A stretch of 26,163 bases of DNA from an uncultured Clostridia bacterium (lineage in GTDB: Bacteria > Bacillota > Clostridia > TANB77 > CAG-508). Location of the stretch: assembly GCA_948524275.1 (NCBI GenBank), contig CAOSLI010000011.1, forward strand, positions 1-26,163. The letters are read 5' to 3'. The translations under genes were made by a program, and so were the position numbers. The notes beneath the pieces are model-generated. The model ran no database searches. It had not been told where the DNA came from and worked only from the letters and a program-made list of their open reading frames with translations. Positions 1 through 10,833 of the stretch are shown here, piece by piece; within the stretch, counting starts at the first letter, position 1; each line of letters opens with the position of its first letter.

Positions 1-143
1 AAGATGAAGAGGGAGAAATATCTATAATAGACATTGGACTATTCCAAAAAGAAGCGGCAGAGTTAATAGTTTTATTACTTTCTGCATTTGACAATGTATT
101 GAAAGTTGATGAAGATTATACAAGAAAAATGAAAAGGCAGTAA
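1..143 (+). CDS. 3-prime end of an upstream ORF (partial, unknown function)
   Basis: Open frame (codons from nt 3) entering from the left edge, ending ...DEDYTRKMKRQ with TAA 141-143; followed by the GAGGAGG ribosome-binding site of the next gene. Confidence 0.45.
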   Translation, partial: DEEGEISIIDIGLFQKEAAELIVLLLSAFDNVLKVDEDYTRKMKRQ

Positions 144-160
144 TTTAGAGGAGGAGTAGT

Positions 161-3100
161 TTGGGAAAAATAATAGAAACAAGACAACTCTACAAAGAAG
201 TCATAAATGAACTTTCAGAAAGTGCAGAAAATTGGAGAAAGTTTTTAGATAGCAGTGCATGGAATTTCAAATATGATTTTGATGACCAAATTTTAATATA
301 TGCACAGCGACCAGATGCAAGAGCTTGTGCAACAATGGAAGAATGGAATAAAAAAGTAGTACCACATAGATGGGTAAATAGTGGAGCAACACCAATTTAT
401 GTATTCGACAAAAATCCGTATAGTAAATATCCATTTAAGTTAGTATTTGATTTATCAGACACGAACAACTATAATAATACAAAGTACAAATTGTGGTCTA
501 TAAAACAAGAATATGAAAAAGATATAATTGAAAGTTTAGAAGCCAATTTTGGAGATATAGGCTCAAAAGAAAATTTATCACAAGCTATAATTTCTGCAAG
601 TTATAATATGGTAGTAGATAATATAGAAGATTATTTGACATCAATTATAGATAACAAGGCAAATTCAATGCTTGCAACTATATCAAATGAAGAGATAAAA
701 ACTATGCTTATTACTACTACATGGGCAAGTGTAAGCTATATGATGATGACCAGATGTGGAATAAATGCAAAAGAGCAAATACAAGAGCAAGAATTATCAT
801 ATATAAAATACTTTAACAACCAAGAAGTTCTAACAACATTAGGTGCAAGTGTAAGTGATATAGCAGAAATGGGTTTGAGAGAAATTGCAAGGACAGTTGC
901 AAATCTACAAAAAAGTGAAAAATTAAAAAATCGTACAATTGAGAAATTTGATAAAGAAATGTATTCTAATGATAATGAAAAAATCAAAGGAGGAAATGAA
1001 GATGGTAGAGAAAATAGAGTACACGAAACAAGGGGATTATTATATGCCCAACCTAACAATGGAGAAAGAGAAGATACCAACAGGAAAATACGCTCTGATG
1101 AGATACAATTATCTAAAGAATCACAAGAACTACGAGTTGACAAGATTAGTAATGAACAAGGAACTAGCACAACACTTGACACAAGTACAGGAACAAGTGA
1201 GCCAGAGAGTGGAAGAATTGGTAGAGATGATGAAGAAACAACAAGGAATAACGGAAGAATTGAAAGCCAAAGACCAGATGACATGGGTAGGACTCATGAA
1301 CAACATCAAAGCGACAGCAGAGGAAATGGCAGCGAACGAAATAATTTACATTTAGGTATTTATAGTAGGGACAGTAGTAAGGACTGTCCTTATGTTGTTA
1401 CAGATGCAAAAGTTAATCAAATACTAACTAATGCACCACATTTAAGAGTTTCTAATAGTGAAATTAGACAATACTTTGAAAATGAAAAAGACAAAAGTAA
1501 ACGAGCAGAATTTCTAAAAGGTAGCTTTAATATTGATTATACAGAAATTACAATAAATGATGAAAGATATGGCTATAAAGCATTTGAAAATGGACTTTTA
1601 GTATGGAAAGGTAGTTTTTTATCAAGAGATACAGAAAGTTTTATTTCATGGGAAAATTTAATTGATAATTATGAAGCTATGATTATGCTTAATCAATTAA
1701 AAGATGTGGAAACAAGAATCTCATCTGTTACAGACCAAATGTCTTTAATCAATGAGGCAGAAAAAAAGCCAGAACTAGAATTTACACAAGAGTTTATAGA
1801 TAGAGTATTACAAGAAAGAGGAACATTCAGCAAATATTCTATATATCAACAATTTGAAACACATTTGTCATTAAAAGATAATGCAGACTATCTAAAGAAA
1901 ATGTATGGATTAGGCTATTATGGAACAACTGGAACTGTATCTGGATCAGGAATAGGTTTGCAATGTTCTCCTAAAGGTATGACATTAAATAGAGGTTATT
2001 TCAAAGACGAAATCACAACAACAATAAGTTGGAATGATGTAGCAAAAAGAATAACAGAACTTATTAAGTTAGAAAGATATTTGAATGAAAAGGAAATTGC
2101 AGAATATCCTAATTGGCTAAAAGAGCAAGAACAAGCAAAAGAATTAAGAGAAGCAGAAGAAAAACTAGAAAATCAAGCAGAACAACAAGAGCATGAACTT
2201 GCCAAAAGAGTATATTCATTTGTTAAGCTATCAGATTTATATAATTATCCAGATGATACAGCAGCTTTAAATACAGATGAAGAAAATATTGAAATAGTAA
2301 AATCAGATATAAGTGATACAAGAAATGTAAATGACTATGTAAATGCTTTAAATAAAATAAGAGAAAGTATTACTGATACTGATTCGCAAAAACATGAACT
2401 AGATGTACTAATATCTATATTAGAGAAAAGAGTTCCACATTATGAATATCATTTAGGAGATACTGTCTATATTGGTGCAGATAAGTATGAAATTGCAGGT
2501 ATAAAGGACAATGTAGTTACCTTAATTGACACGAAATTTCCAATACTTAATAAACAAATGAGCTTTGATGAATTTGAAAGAAAAGTCAAGGACAATTATT
2601 CAAATGACCATTTAATTGTAAAAGAACAAGAAGAAACAACGGAAATTAAAGAAGATAATTTATTAGAAGTAAATACTAATAAAGAACAAAATACTCAAAA
2701 AGAAGAGATAGTACAGCCAGAAACAGAAGAACAACAAGGAGAAAATAAGCTACAAGATAAACAAGAAAAGCCATATAAAGTAGGACAAACAGTTTATTTA
2801 GAATCTGACAGAGCATATAACATATACAGTATAGACCTAGAAAAAGATAAAATAGAATTGCAAGACTTACAAATGCCTATACCTATTTTTAGAGAAGAAA
2901 GTATTTTAACCTTTGAAAGTCTATATAATCAGAACGAGAGAAACTTTCCAAAACAAGATATTAAGCCTAATTTTGTAAGAACTAAAAACAAAATACAAGA
3001 CTTCGTATTACATCCAGAAGTAGCACTAGAAGATAGAAATAATTATAAAATTACAGATAATAATTTAGGAATTGGAACACCTAGAGAAAAATTTGAGAGA

Positions 3101-6100
3101 AATATTGCTGCAATTAAAGTATTGAAAAAGTGTGAAGAGGAAAATAGGTATGCGACTCCAGAAGAACAAGAAATTATGTCAAAATATGTCGGATGGGGTG
3201 GCTTACAACAAGCATTTAAAGAAGATGATAGTAGTTGGTCAAATGAATATAAAACATTAAAAGAATTATTAAATGATGAGGAATATAAAAATGCTAGAAG
3301 TTCTGTACTGACAGCATTTTACACACCACCTATTGTAATCAATTCAATGTATGAAATACTACAAAATATGGGGTTAAAAGAAGCCAATATATTAGAGCCA
3401 TCATGTGGTGTTGGAAATTTCTTTGGAATGTTACCAACACAATTAAAAGAATGCAAAATGTATGGTGTTGAGCTTGATTCTATATCTGGAAGAATAGCAC
3501 AACAATTATATCAAAAGTCCACAATAGCAGTAAATGCCTATGAAAAAGTAGAATTACCTGATAGCTTTTTTGATGTAGCAGTTCGGCAATGTACCATTTG
3601 ATGAATATAAGCCAAACGATAAAAGATACAATAAGAATAAGTTTCTAACGCATGATTACTTTTTTGCAAAAACACTAGATAAGGTTAGACCTCGGTGGAG
3701 TGATTGCATTTATAACCTCAAAAGGAACAATGGACAAAAAGAATTCAGAAGTTAGAAAGTATATTGCACAAAGAGCAGAGCTGTTGGGAGCGATAAGGCT
3801 ACCTAATAACACATTTACCAAAAACGCAGGAACGAAAGTAACTTCAGATATACTATTTTTGAAAAAAAGAGAGAATATGACTGATATTATGCCAGACTGG
3901 GTTTATTTAGACACTGACAAAAATGGTATTACAATGAATAAATATTTTGTCGATAATCCAGACATGATATTAGGAACAATGGAAATGGAGTCTACACAAT
4001 TTGGTAGACCAGATTCGACTTGTAAACCTTATGAGGGAATAGAATTAAAAACTTTATTAGATGAAGCAAAAGAGAAGATAGAAGGAGAAATTACAGAATA
4101 TGAAATAGGAGATATTGAAGAAAGAGAAGAAACAATGCTCCCAGCAGATCCTTCTGTAAAAAACTTTTCTTATACTATTATTGATGGCAAAGTATATTTT
4201 AGAGAAAACAGTGTAATGGCAGAACAAGACTTGCCAATTACCACAATAAGCAGAATAAAAGGAATGATAGAACTTCGTGATTGTGTCAGAGATTTAATAG
4301 ATTTACAAACAGAAGATTATCCAGAAGAAAATATTAAAGTAGCACAAGCAAAATTGAATAGAATGTATGACAACTATGTTAAGAAGTATGGAATTATAAA
4401 TAGCAGAGGAAATCGTTTAGCATTTGAAGCAGATAGTAGCTATTATTTACTATGTTCACTAGAAGTAATGGACAGTGAGGGCAGATTTGTGCGAAAAGCA
4501 GATATGTTCTCAAAAAGAACTATCAAAGCATATAAGGAAATAACAAGTGTTGATACTGCAAATGAAGCACTAATTGTATCATTATCAGAAAAAGCAAGTG
4601 TTGATTTAGAATATATGTCAAAACTTACAAGCAAAACACAAGAAGAGTTAGTAAAAGAGCTAGATGGTATTATTTATAAACTTCCTATGGAAAATAATAA
4701 ATATGTAACAAGTGATGAATACCTTTCTGGAAATATAAGAGAAAAATTAAAAATGGCAGAAGCATCAGTTGGAATGCACCCAGAATTTGCAACTAATATA
4801 GAAGCATTAAAACAAGTAATGCCAAAAGATTTAACAGCCAATGAAATTGGAATAAAGTTAGGTGCAACATGGATACCAACAGAGATTATTGATAGCTTTA
4901 TGTATGAATTGTTAGAAACTCCAAATCATGCACAATGGAATATGAAAGTAAAATTTAGCGAGTATAATTCACAATGGTATATAACAAGTAAAAATTATGA
5001 TTATTCAAATGTAAAAGCTAATAAAACCTATGGAACAAATAGAGTAAATGCCTATGAAATTATTGAAAAAACATTGAATTTAAAAGATGTGAAAGTATTT
5101 GATACTGTAACAGATCTTGATGGAAACAAAAAAAGGGAATTTAATGCAAAAGAAACAGCTATTGCACAAGCAAAGCAAGACCAAATTAAGCAAGCATTTG
5201 AAGATTGGATTTTTAATGATGTAGAAAGAAGAGAGCGATTAGTAAGGCTATACAATGACAGATTCAATAGTATTCGACCTCGTGAATATGATGGAAGTCA
5301 TTTGAATTTTGTAGGTATGAATCCAGAAATAAAGTTAAGGAAGCATCAACAAAATGCCATTGCTCATATTTTGTATGGAAGAAATACACTGTTAGCACAT
5401 GAAGTACGGAGCAGGAAAGACCTTTGAAATGGTTGCTCGGTGCTATGGAAAGTAAAAGGCTTGGACTTTGTAACAAGTCTATTTTTGTTGTTCCAAACCA
5501 CATCATTGAACAATTCGCAGCAGAATTTCTACAACTATATCCAAGTGCAAACATTATGGTTGCGACAAAAAAAGACTTTGCAACAGCTAATAGAAAGAAG
5601 TTTTGCTCTCGTATTGCTACTGGAGATTTTGATGCAGTAATCATACGGACATTCACAATTTGAAAAGATCCCTATGTCAATAGAAAGACAACAGCAGCTA
5701 ATTGAAAAGCAAATTGCAGATATTATAGCAGGAATAGCACAAGCTAAAAGAGATAAGGCAGAGAATTTTACTATAAAACAAATGGAAAAAACAAGACGAG
5801 GGTTAGAAAGCAAACTTGAGAAATTAAATTCACAAACAAGGAAAGATGATGTAATCAACTTTGAACAGTTAGGAATAGATAAAATATTTGTAGATGAAGC
5901 ACACAACTACAAAAATTTATTTTTATATACTAAAATGAACAATGTAGGTGGAATTTCACAGACAGATGCACAAAAGAGTAGCGATTTATATATGAAATGT
6001 CGTTATATGGATGAGATAACAGATGGTAGAGGAGTAGTATTTGCTACTGGTACACCAGTAAGTAATTCAATGGTAGAGCTCTACACTATGCAACGATATT

Positions 6101-7840
6101 TACAATATAACGATTTAAGAAAAATAGGACTTGAACATTTTGATAATTGGGCATCTATTTTTGGAGAAACAGTAACAGCAATGGAACTTTCGCCAGAACG
6201 GAACAAGTTATAGGAGTAAAACAAGATTCTCAAAATTTCATAATTTACCAGAACTTATGTCGCTTTTCAAAGAAGTTGCAGATATACAAACTGCTGATAC
6301 TTTAAATTTACCAACACCAGAGGTAGTAAGACATGATGAAATAGTAAAACCTAGTCAAATGCAACAAGATATGGTAGCAGAATTAGGAGAAAGAGCAGAA
6401 GCTATTAGAAAAGGTAGTGTAGATCCTAGCGAAGATAATATGCTAAAAATTACTAATGAGGGTAGAAAACTTGCACTAGACCAAAGACTTATGAATGAAA
6501 TGCTAGAAGATAATGAAAATGGAAAAGTTGGAACTTGTGCAAATAACATCTATAAAATATGGGAAGAAAATAAAGAACAAAAACTAACACAATTAGTATT
6601 CTGTGATTTGTCTACACCAAAGCAATTTGAAGAGAAATTTGATGACGAGGGAAATTATGTATTTACTGATGTTTATAACGATTTAAGAAGAAAGCTAGTA
6701 TTAAAAGGTATTCCACGAGAAGAAATTGCCTTTATACATGAGGCAGATAATGAAACTAAAAAGAAAGAACTATTTGCTAAAGTAAGAAAAGGCGAAATTA
6801 GAGTGCTAATGGGAAGTACAAGCAAAATGGGTGCAGGTACTAATGTGCAAGATAAAATAATAGCTTTACACCATTTAGACACACCATATAGACCAGCCGA
6901 CTTAACACAAAGAAATGGTAGAGGAGTAAGACAAGGAAATCAAAATAAGCAAGTTCATATATATACCTATGTAACAGAAAAAACATTTGATGCTTACTTA
7001 TTTCAAATGTTAGAGAGAAAGCAAGGCTTTATATCACAAATAATGACTTCAAAGACTCCAGATAGAACAGCAGATGATATAGATGAAACGGCATTGAGCT
7101 ATGGAGAAATTAAGGCTTTAGCAACAGGAAATAAATATATACTAGAAAAGACACAGTTAGATTCAGAAGTTGCAAAATTAAAAATAGTAAGACAAAGTTA
7201 TCAAAGCCAGATTTATGATTTAGAAGATAAAATTGCAAGATCATATCCAAATCAAATAAAAGAGATACAAGAAAAGGTCGATGCACTAGAAGCTGATGTC
7301 AAGCAGCTAGAAGATAACACAATACCAAATGAAGATGGCTTTTCTAAAATGACACTTAAAGGAATTGAATATACTGATAAAGAGCAAGCAGGAAAAGCAA
7401 TACTAGAAGTTTGCAAAGCAAAATCAAATCCAGATATTGAAGATATAGGAGAATATAGGGGATTTAGATTAGAACTTGGTTTTAATTCAGTAGAAAAGAA
7501 ATTTACTATGACTATGAGAAATAAATATAGTTATAGTATTTTTTTAGGTAGTGATACTTTTGGTAATATTACAAGAATAAATAATGCACTAGAAGCAATA
7601 AAAGATAAGATTCCAGATGCAAAGTTGAGAATAGAAGATATTGAAAAGCAACTTGAAACAGCAAAAATAGAAGTTCAAAAACCATTTCCAAAAGAAGAAG
7701 AATTAAAAGAAAAAATGAAAAAACTTGAAGAATTAAATATTTTATTAAAGCTAGATGAAAAAGAAAAACAAGTATTAGATACATCAAATGATGAAATAGA
7801 AGATAATGAAAAAGATAAAAACAAAGACCATGAAAGATAA
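161..7840 (+). CDS. Giant polyvalent conjugative-element protein (about 2557 aa once six CGG junctions are bridged): ArdC-like N-terminal region, disordered linker, middle domains, N6-adenine DNA methyltransferase, SNF2/DEAD-like helicase, coiled-coil tail
   Basis: TTG 161 after GAGGAGG. ORF-track pieces 161-3601, 3700-5427, 5424-5663, 5674-6213 and 6257-7840 join seamlessly at CGG 3584, 3693, 5407, 5438, 5646 and 6199. SAM motif EPSCGVGNFFG, motif IV-like GNVPF, helicase GAGKT, DEAH at 5893-5904, QRNGRGVRQGN. TAA 7838-7840. Confidence 0.85.
1002..1355 (+). CDS. tnpV: TnpV-like small protein ORF embedded in an alternative frame of the giant gene
   Basis: AAAGGAGGA at 986-994, 8 nt before ATG 1002. 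Product MVEKIEYTKQGDYYMPNL...ELKAKDQMTWVGLMNNIKATAEEMAANEIIYI matches my recollection of Tn4451-type TnpV proteins over its full length. TAG 1353-1355. Confidence 0.6.
   Translation: MVEKIEYTKQGDYYMPNLTMEKEKIPTGKYALMRYNYLKNHKNYELTRLVMNKELAQHLTQVQEQVSQRVEELVEMMKKQQGITEELKAKDQMTWVGLMNNIKATAEEMAANEIIYI
3584..3587 (+). other. in-frame CGG-C frame junction (site 1)
   Basis: The 0 frame reads DVAV-CGG and hits TGA 3599-3601. Reading GGC from 3585 gives FDVAVGNVPFDEYK (methyltransferase motif IV-like). Confidence 0.85.
3693..3696 (+). other. in-frame CGG-T frame junction (site 2)
   Basis: Reading GGT from 3694 gives KVRPGGVIAFITSKG and joins ORF 3700-5427. Confidence 0.85.
5407..5410 (+). other. 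in-frame CGG-A frame junction (site 3)
   Basis: Reading GGA from 5408 gives LLAHEVGAGKTFEM (helicase Walker A). The 0 frame stops at 5425-5427. Confidence 0.85.
5438..5441 (+). other. in-frame CGG-T frame junction (site 4)
   Basis: Reading GGT from 5439 gives EMVAGAMESKRLG and joins the frame of ORF 5424-5663. Confidence 0.85.
5646..5649 (+). other. in-frame CGG-A frame junction (site 5)
   Basis: Reading GGA from 5647 gives DAVIIGHSQFEKIPMS and joins ORF 5674-6213. Confidence 0.85.
6199..6202 (+). other. in-frame CGG-A frame junction (site 6)
   Basis: Reading GGA from 6200 gives MELSPEGTSYRSKTRFSKFHNLPELMS and joins ORF 6257-7840. Confidence 0.85.
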
Positions 7841-7850
7841 TCTATATGCA

Positions 7851-7880
7851 AAGAAGATATTAAAAAATTAGTATCTTCTT
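7851..7880 (+). terminator. Hairpin after the giant gene (aagaagata-N12-tatcttctt)
   Basis: 9-bp inverted repeat 7851-7859 / 7872-7880 with a 12-nt loop, just after TAA 7840. The T-rich tract follows only after a few nt, so terminator strength is uncertain. Confidence 0.45.
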
Positions 7881-7881
7881 G

Positions 7882-7910
7882 TATCTTTTTATAAAAAGAT
7901 ATGGTATAAT
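7882..7910 (+). promoter_or_regulatory. 20-bp perfect palindrome abutting an extended -10 promoter element
   Basis: tatctttttataaaaagata (7882-7901) equals its own reverse complement. It is immediately followed by TG-g-TATAAT (TG 7902-7903, TATAAT 7905-7910). GGGAGG 7935-7940 and ATG 7949 lie downstream. Confidence 0.5.
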
Positions 7911-7948
7911 CATCTCGACAGATAGTAATTTATAGGGAGGATTAAAAT

Positions 7949-9190
7949 ATGTGGCTAAGTATTAGTATAGCAGTAATGGTTTTTATAATATTGTTAATAT
8001 ATATTTTGAAAAGTGAAAAAAAGAAAAAAACTAATAAAGAACAGGAAGTTGGATTGTTGATAAATAATACAGAAAATTCGTTTCCAACAATTAAAATAGT
8101 AGAGAATAAAAATCTTATTCCAGATGAGAAAAATAGAATTAAAGATATAGATATAAAAAAAGCCATTTCTAGTATAGATAATATAGTTCCAAATACTGCA
8201 ATGATTGGAAATAATATAAAAAATAGTACAGAATTATTAAATAGTAATAGGGCTTTCTTTTCAGCAAGTAAAAAAGGAACTGAAAATATGATGAAAGTAA
8301 AAGGAACAAATGAGCTATATGGAACGCAAGTTATAGGAGGAAAATTCAATAAGCAAACAAAATTTGTAAATGAAAATCAAATGATAAAAAATGCAGGAAA
8401 AGGAGCTTTAGTAAATGCTGGATTTAATATGGCTTCAATGGTTGTTGGGCAATATTATATGAATGAAATTAATAATAAACTTGATGATTTAAAAGAAGAT
8501 ATTAATTTGATTTCTGATTACTTGGATTCAGATTATAAGAGTAGAATAGCATATATTGTATCAAAGCTAAAAGAAGTAATTGAGAATAAATTAGAAATTT
8601 TAAGTAGTGAATTTTCTATAAACAAACGATATGATGATATATTAGAATTAGAAAGTGATTGTTCAAAGCTATTAGGACAAGCCAACGAAATGATAAAAAA
8701 TAATATTAAGGAAGTAAATATAGATTATAGAAAATATGAAAAACAATTAAAACAAGTACATAAATGGTTTTTAAGACAGCAAATATTACAAACCTTATTA
8801 TTAGAAATAGGAAATTTAAGATATGTATTATCAAATGGAAATGAAACATCCAAATTAAGTCATACTCAATACAACAATTATTTATTACAATGTAATAATG
8901 TTAATAATGAATTAGAAAAATGGCATAATTCAGTTGGTAAAAAATTAGGGATTGATGTTATGGTGGCAAGAAGAAATGGAAATTTCTTTAAAATAAAGAA
9001 GCATACAATAGGAAAGATAAATGAAGAGTGGGCATATAATAAAATCAATGAAAATATAGTTGAATTGATAAAAAATCAAACTAATGTAGCAAAATTAGAG
9101 CCATATATAAATAAAAAACAAGATGAAATAATTAAAATTCAAAAATATAATGGAGAATACTATAATTTGATTGAAGAAAAAAACAAATAA
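7949..9190 (+). CDS. Hypothetical membrane-anchored, largely helical protein (413 aa), family not recognised
   Basis: GGGAGG 8 nt upstream of ATG. N-terminal hydrophobic helix WLSISIAVMVFIILLIYIL. Internal hydrophobic segment ALVNAGFNMASMVVGQYY inside a K/N/E-rich, coiled-coil-looking sequence. TAA 9188-9190. Confidence 0.7.
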   Translation: MWLSISIAVMVFIILLIYILKSEKKKKTNKEQEVGLLINNTENSFPTIKIVENKNLIPDEKNRIKDIDIKKAISSIDNIVPNTAMIGNNIKNSTELLNSNRAFFSASKKGTENMMKVKGTNELYGTQVIGGKFNKQTKFVNENQMIKNAGKGALVNAGFNMASMVVGQYYMNEINNKLDDLKEDINLISDYLDSDYKSRIAYIVSKLKEVIENKLEILSSEFSINKRYDDILELESDCSKLLGQANEMIKNNIKEVNIDYRKYEKQLKQVHKWFLRQQILQTLLLEIGNLRYVLSNGNETSKLSHTQYNNYLLQCNNVNNELEKWHNSVGKKLGIDVMVARRNGNFFKIKKHTIGKINEEWAYNKINENIVELIKNQTNVAKLEPYINKKQDEIIKIQKYNGEYYNLIEEKNK

Positions 9191-9240
9191 AAACATAGTT
9201 TAATCAGCGACAAATTACAATTTGAAAGTGAGATGAGAAT

Positions 9241-9735
9241 ATGGGAGATACAGAAATAATCTGCTCTAATAGAGATATTACTAAAAGATTAAGGCAAGTA
9301 GTTACTGATGATACTTTATGGCAAAGAGTATATATTTTTTGTAAGCATTTAGCAAAATTCATTCATGCACCTATATCATTAAGTGATTATAAAAGAATAG
9401 AAAAATATACTAACGACAAAGAATTAGTAGAAGCAGTATATAATGCTATAAAAGATTATTTCTATGTGGATAACACAGATGGTCATTTTGATATTATAGG
9501 ACACGCTTATTGCGTAGCATTGTTATCTCAAACAAAATATAATAGAGAAAGTACAATAAATTATCTAAATAGATGTGCAGATATTCTAATAAAGAATAAT
9601 GAGCAAGGTTATGGATTAGCAATGTATAGAAATATGAAAGCATTAAGCAAAGAATATCCTGATTTAAAGGATTTAGAAAAAAAGTTACAATGTTTTAAAG
9701 ATTATGATTATTGGAAAGAAAAGAATAACAAGTAA
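9241..9735 (+). CDS. Hypothetical cytoplasmic protein (164 aa), family not recognised
   Basis: ATG 9241 preceded by gtgagatgag. Clean ORF with several Cys/His (GHFDIIGHAYCVALL). TAA 9733-9735. Confidence 0.65.
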   Translation: MGDTEIICSNRDITKRLRQVVTDDTLWQRVYIFCKHLAKFIHAPISLSDYKRIEKYTNDKELVEAVYNAIKDYFYVDNTDGHFDIIGHAYCVALLSQTKYNRESTINYLNRCADILIKNNEQGYGLAMYRNMKALSKEYPDLKDLEKKLQCFKDYDYWKEKNNK

Positions 9736-9779
9736 TTGCTAAATTACAAGTTGATGAAATAAAAAATATAAACAAATTT

Positions 9780-9812
9780 AAGAGATATTAAGAAATTAGT
9801 ATCTCTTTTTTT
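9780..9812 (+). terminator. Hairpin plus T-run, near-copy of the 7851-7880 hairpin
   Basis: aagagata (9780-9787) / tatctctt (9800-9807), 12-nt loop ttaagaaattag, then a T-run to 9812. It shares gatattaa[a/g]aaattagtatc with the hairpin at 7851-7880. Confidence 0.6.
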
Positions 9813-9824
9813 GTTGGAAAGGTA

Positions 9825-10808
9825 GTGAAAAATATGCCTTATATACCACCAGAAATAGTAAAAAAAGCAGAAGAAATGGACTTATTAACTTACTTGCAAA
9901 ACTATGAGCCAGATGAGTTAGTGAAGATAGGAAACGGAACATATACCACAAAAACACATGATAGTATGAGAATAAGTAATGGGTTATGGAATTGGTTTTC
10001 AGAGGGTATAGGTGGAAAAAATGCTGTTTCTTATCTAATGAAAGTAAAAAAATATTCCTTTTTAGAAGCTATACAAACAATTATAGGCAATATAAATGTT
10101 AAGCAGCCTGTAATTTATAAAGAAGAAAAACAAGAAAACATTGTGTTAGTTTTACCAACAAAATCAAATAATTGTGATCGTGCAAAAAGATATTTAATGA
10201 GTAGGGGAATTGCCCCAGAGATAATAAAAGAGTGCATAGAAAACAATTTGATTTATGAAAGTGAGCCTAATCACAATGTTGTTTTTATAGGTGTAGATGA
10301 TGAAAATTGTCCAAAGTATGCTTTTTGTAGAGGTACAAACGATACAAGATTTATGGGAGAATCGAAAGGAAGTGATAAAGCATATACCTTTAGATTAAAG
10401 GCAAAAACAGAAAGCAATAGAGTACATTTATTTGAAAGTGCTATTGATTTATTATCTTATGCAACATTATTAAAAATGAAAAATATAGACTGGCATAGAG
10501 AAAATATGATTTCACTTGCAGGAGTAAATAGCCCATCAAAGACAAGTGAAAATAATAAAATACCAATAGCAATAAAAGAATTTTTAGAGAAGAATCCTAA
10601 CATAAATGAAATACATTTGCATTTAGATAATGATGAAGTTGGAAGAAATGCAAGCATAGCTTTGCAAGAAACACTATCAAAAAGCTATAAAGTTTTAGAT
10701 AGACCTGCACCATTAGGAAAGGACTGCAATGATTATTTACGATATATGTTAGGTATAAAAAAGTTGAATAAAACAGCAAAAGAAAAGGTATGCGAAGTAG
10801 CAAGATAA
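9825..10808 (+). CDS. DUF3991/Toprim domain protein (primase/topoisomerase-like conjugation accessory protein)
   Basis: HLFESAIDLLSYATL and HLHLDNDEVGRNA (Toprim E and DxD motifs). The N-terminus resembles DUF3991-type ICE proteins. GTG 9825, with ATG 9834 as an alternative start. Confidence 0.75.
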   Translation: MKNMPYIPPEIVKKAEEMDLLTYLQNYEPDELVKIGNGTYTTKTHDSMRISNGLWNWFSEGIGGKNAVSYLMKVKKYSFLEAIQTIIGNINVKQPVIYKEEKQENIVLVLPTKSNNCDRAKRYLMSRGIAPEIIKECIENNLIYESEPNHNVVFIGVDDENCPKYAFCRGTNDTRFMGESKGSDKAYTFRLKAKTESNRVHLFESAIDLLSYATLLKMKNIDWHRENMISLAGVNSPSKTSENNKIPIAIKEFLEKNPNINEIHLHLDNDEVGRNASIALQETLSKSYKVLDRPAPLGKDCNDYLRYMLGIKKLNKTAKEKVCEVAR

Positions 10809-10833
10809 AACAAAAAATGGAGGAAAACAAATT

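Noticed and set aside
5440-5640. Short + strand ORF 5440-5640 overlapping the helicase region
   Set aside because: It is an alternative frame of a region whose conserved frame (VVPNHIIEQFAAEF...) is clear, and its product is low-complexity.
9212-9754. 14-nt direct repeat aaattacaa[t/g]ttga (9212-9225 and 9741-9754) flanking ORF 9241-9735, considered as insertion-site duplication
   Set aside because: A 13/14 match of an A/T-rich 14-mer is expected many times by chance in 26 kb of about 30% GC DNA. The spacing to the ORF ends is unequal.
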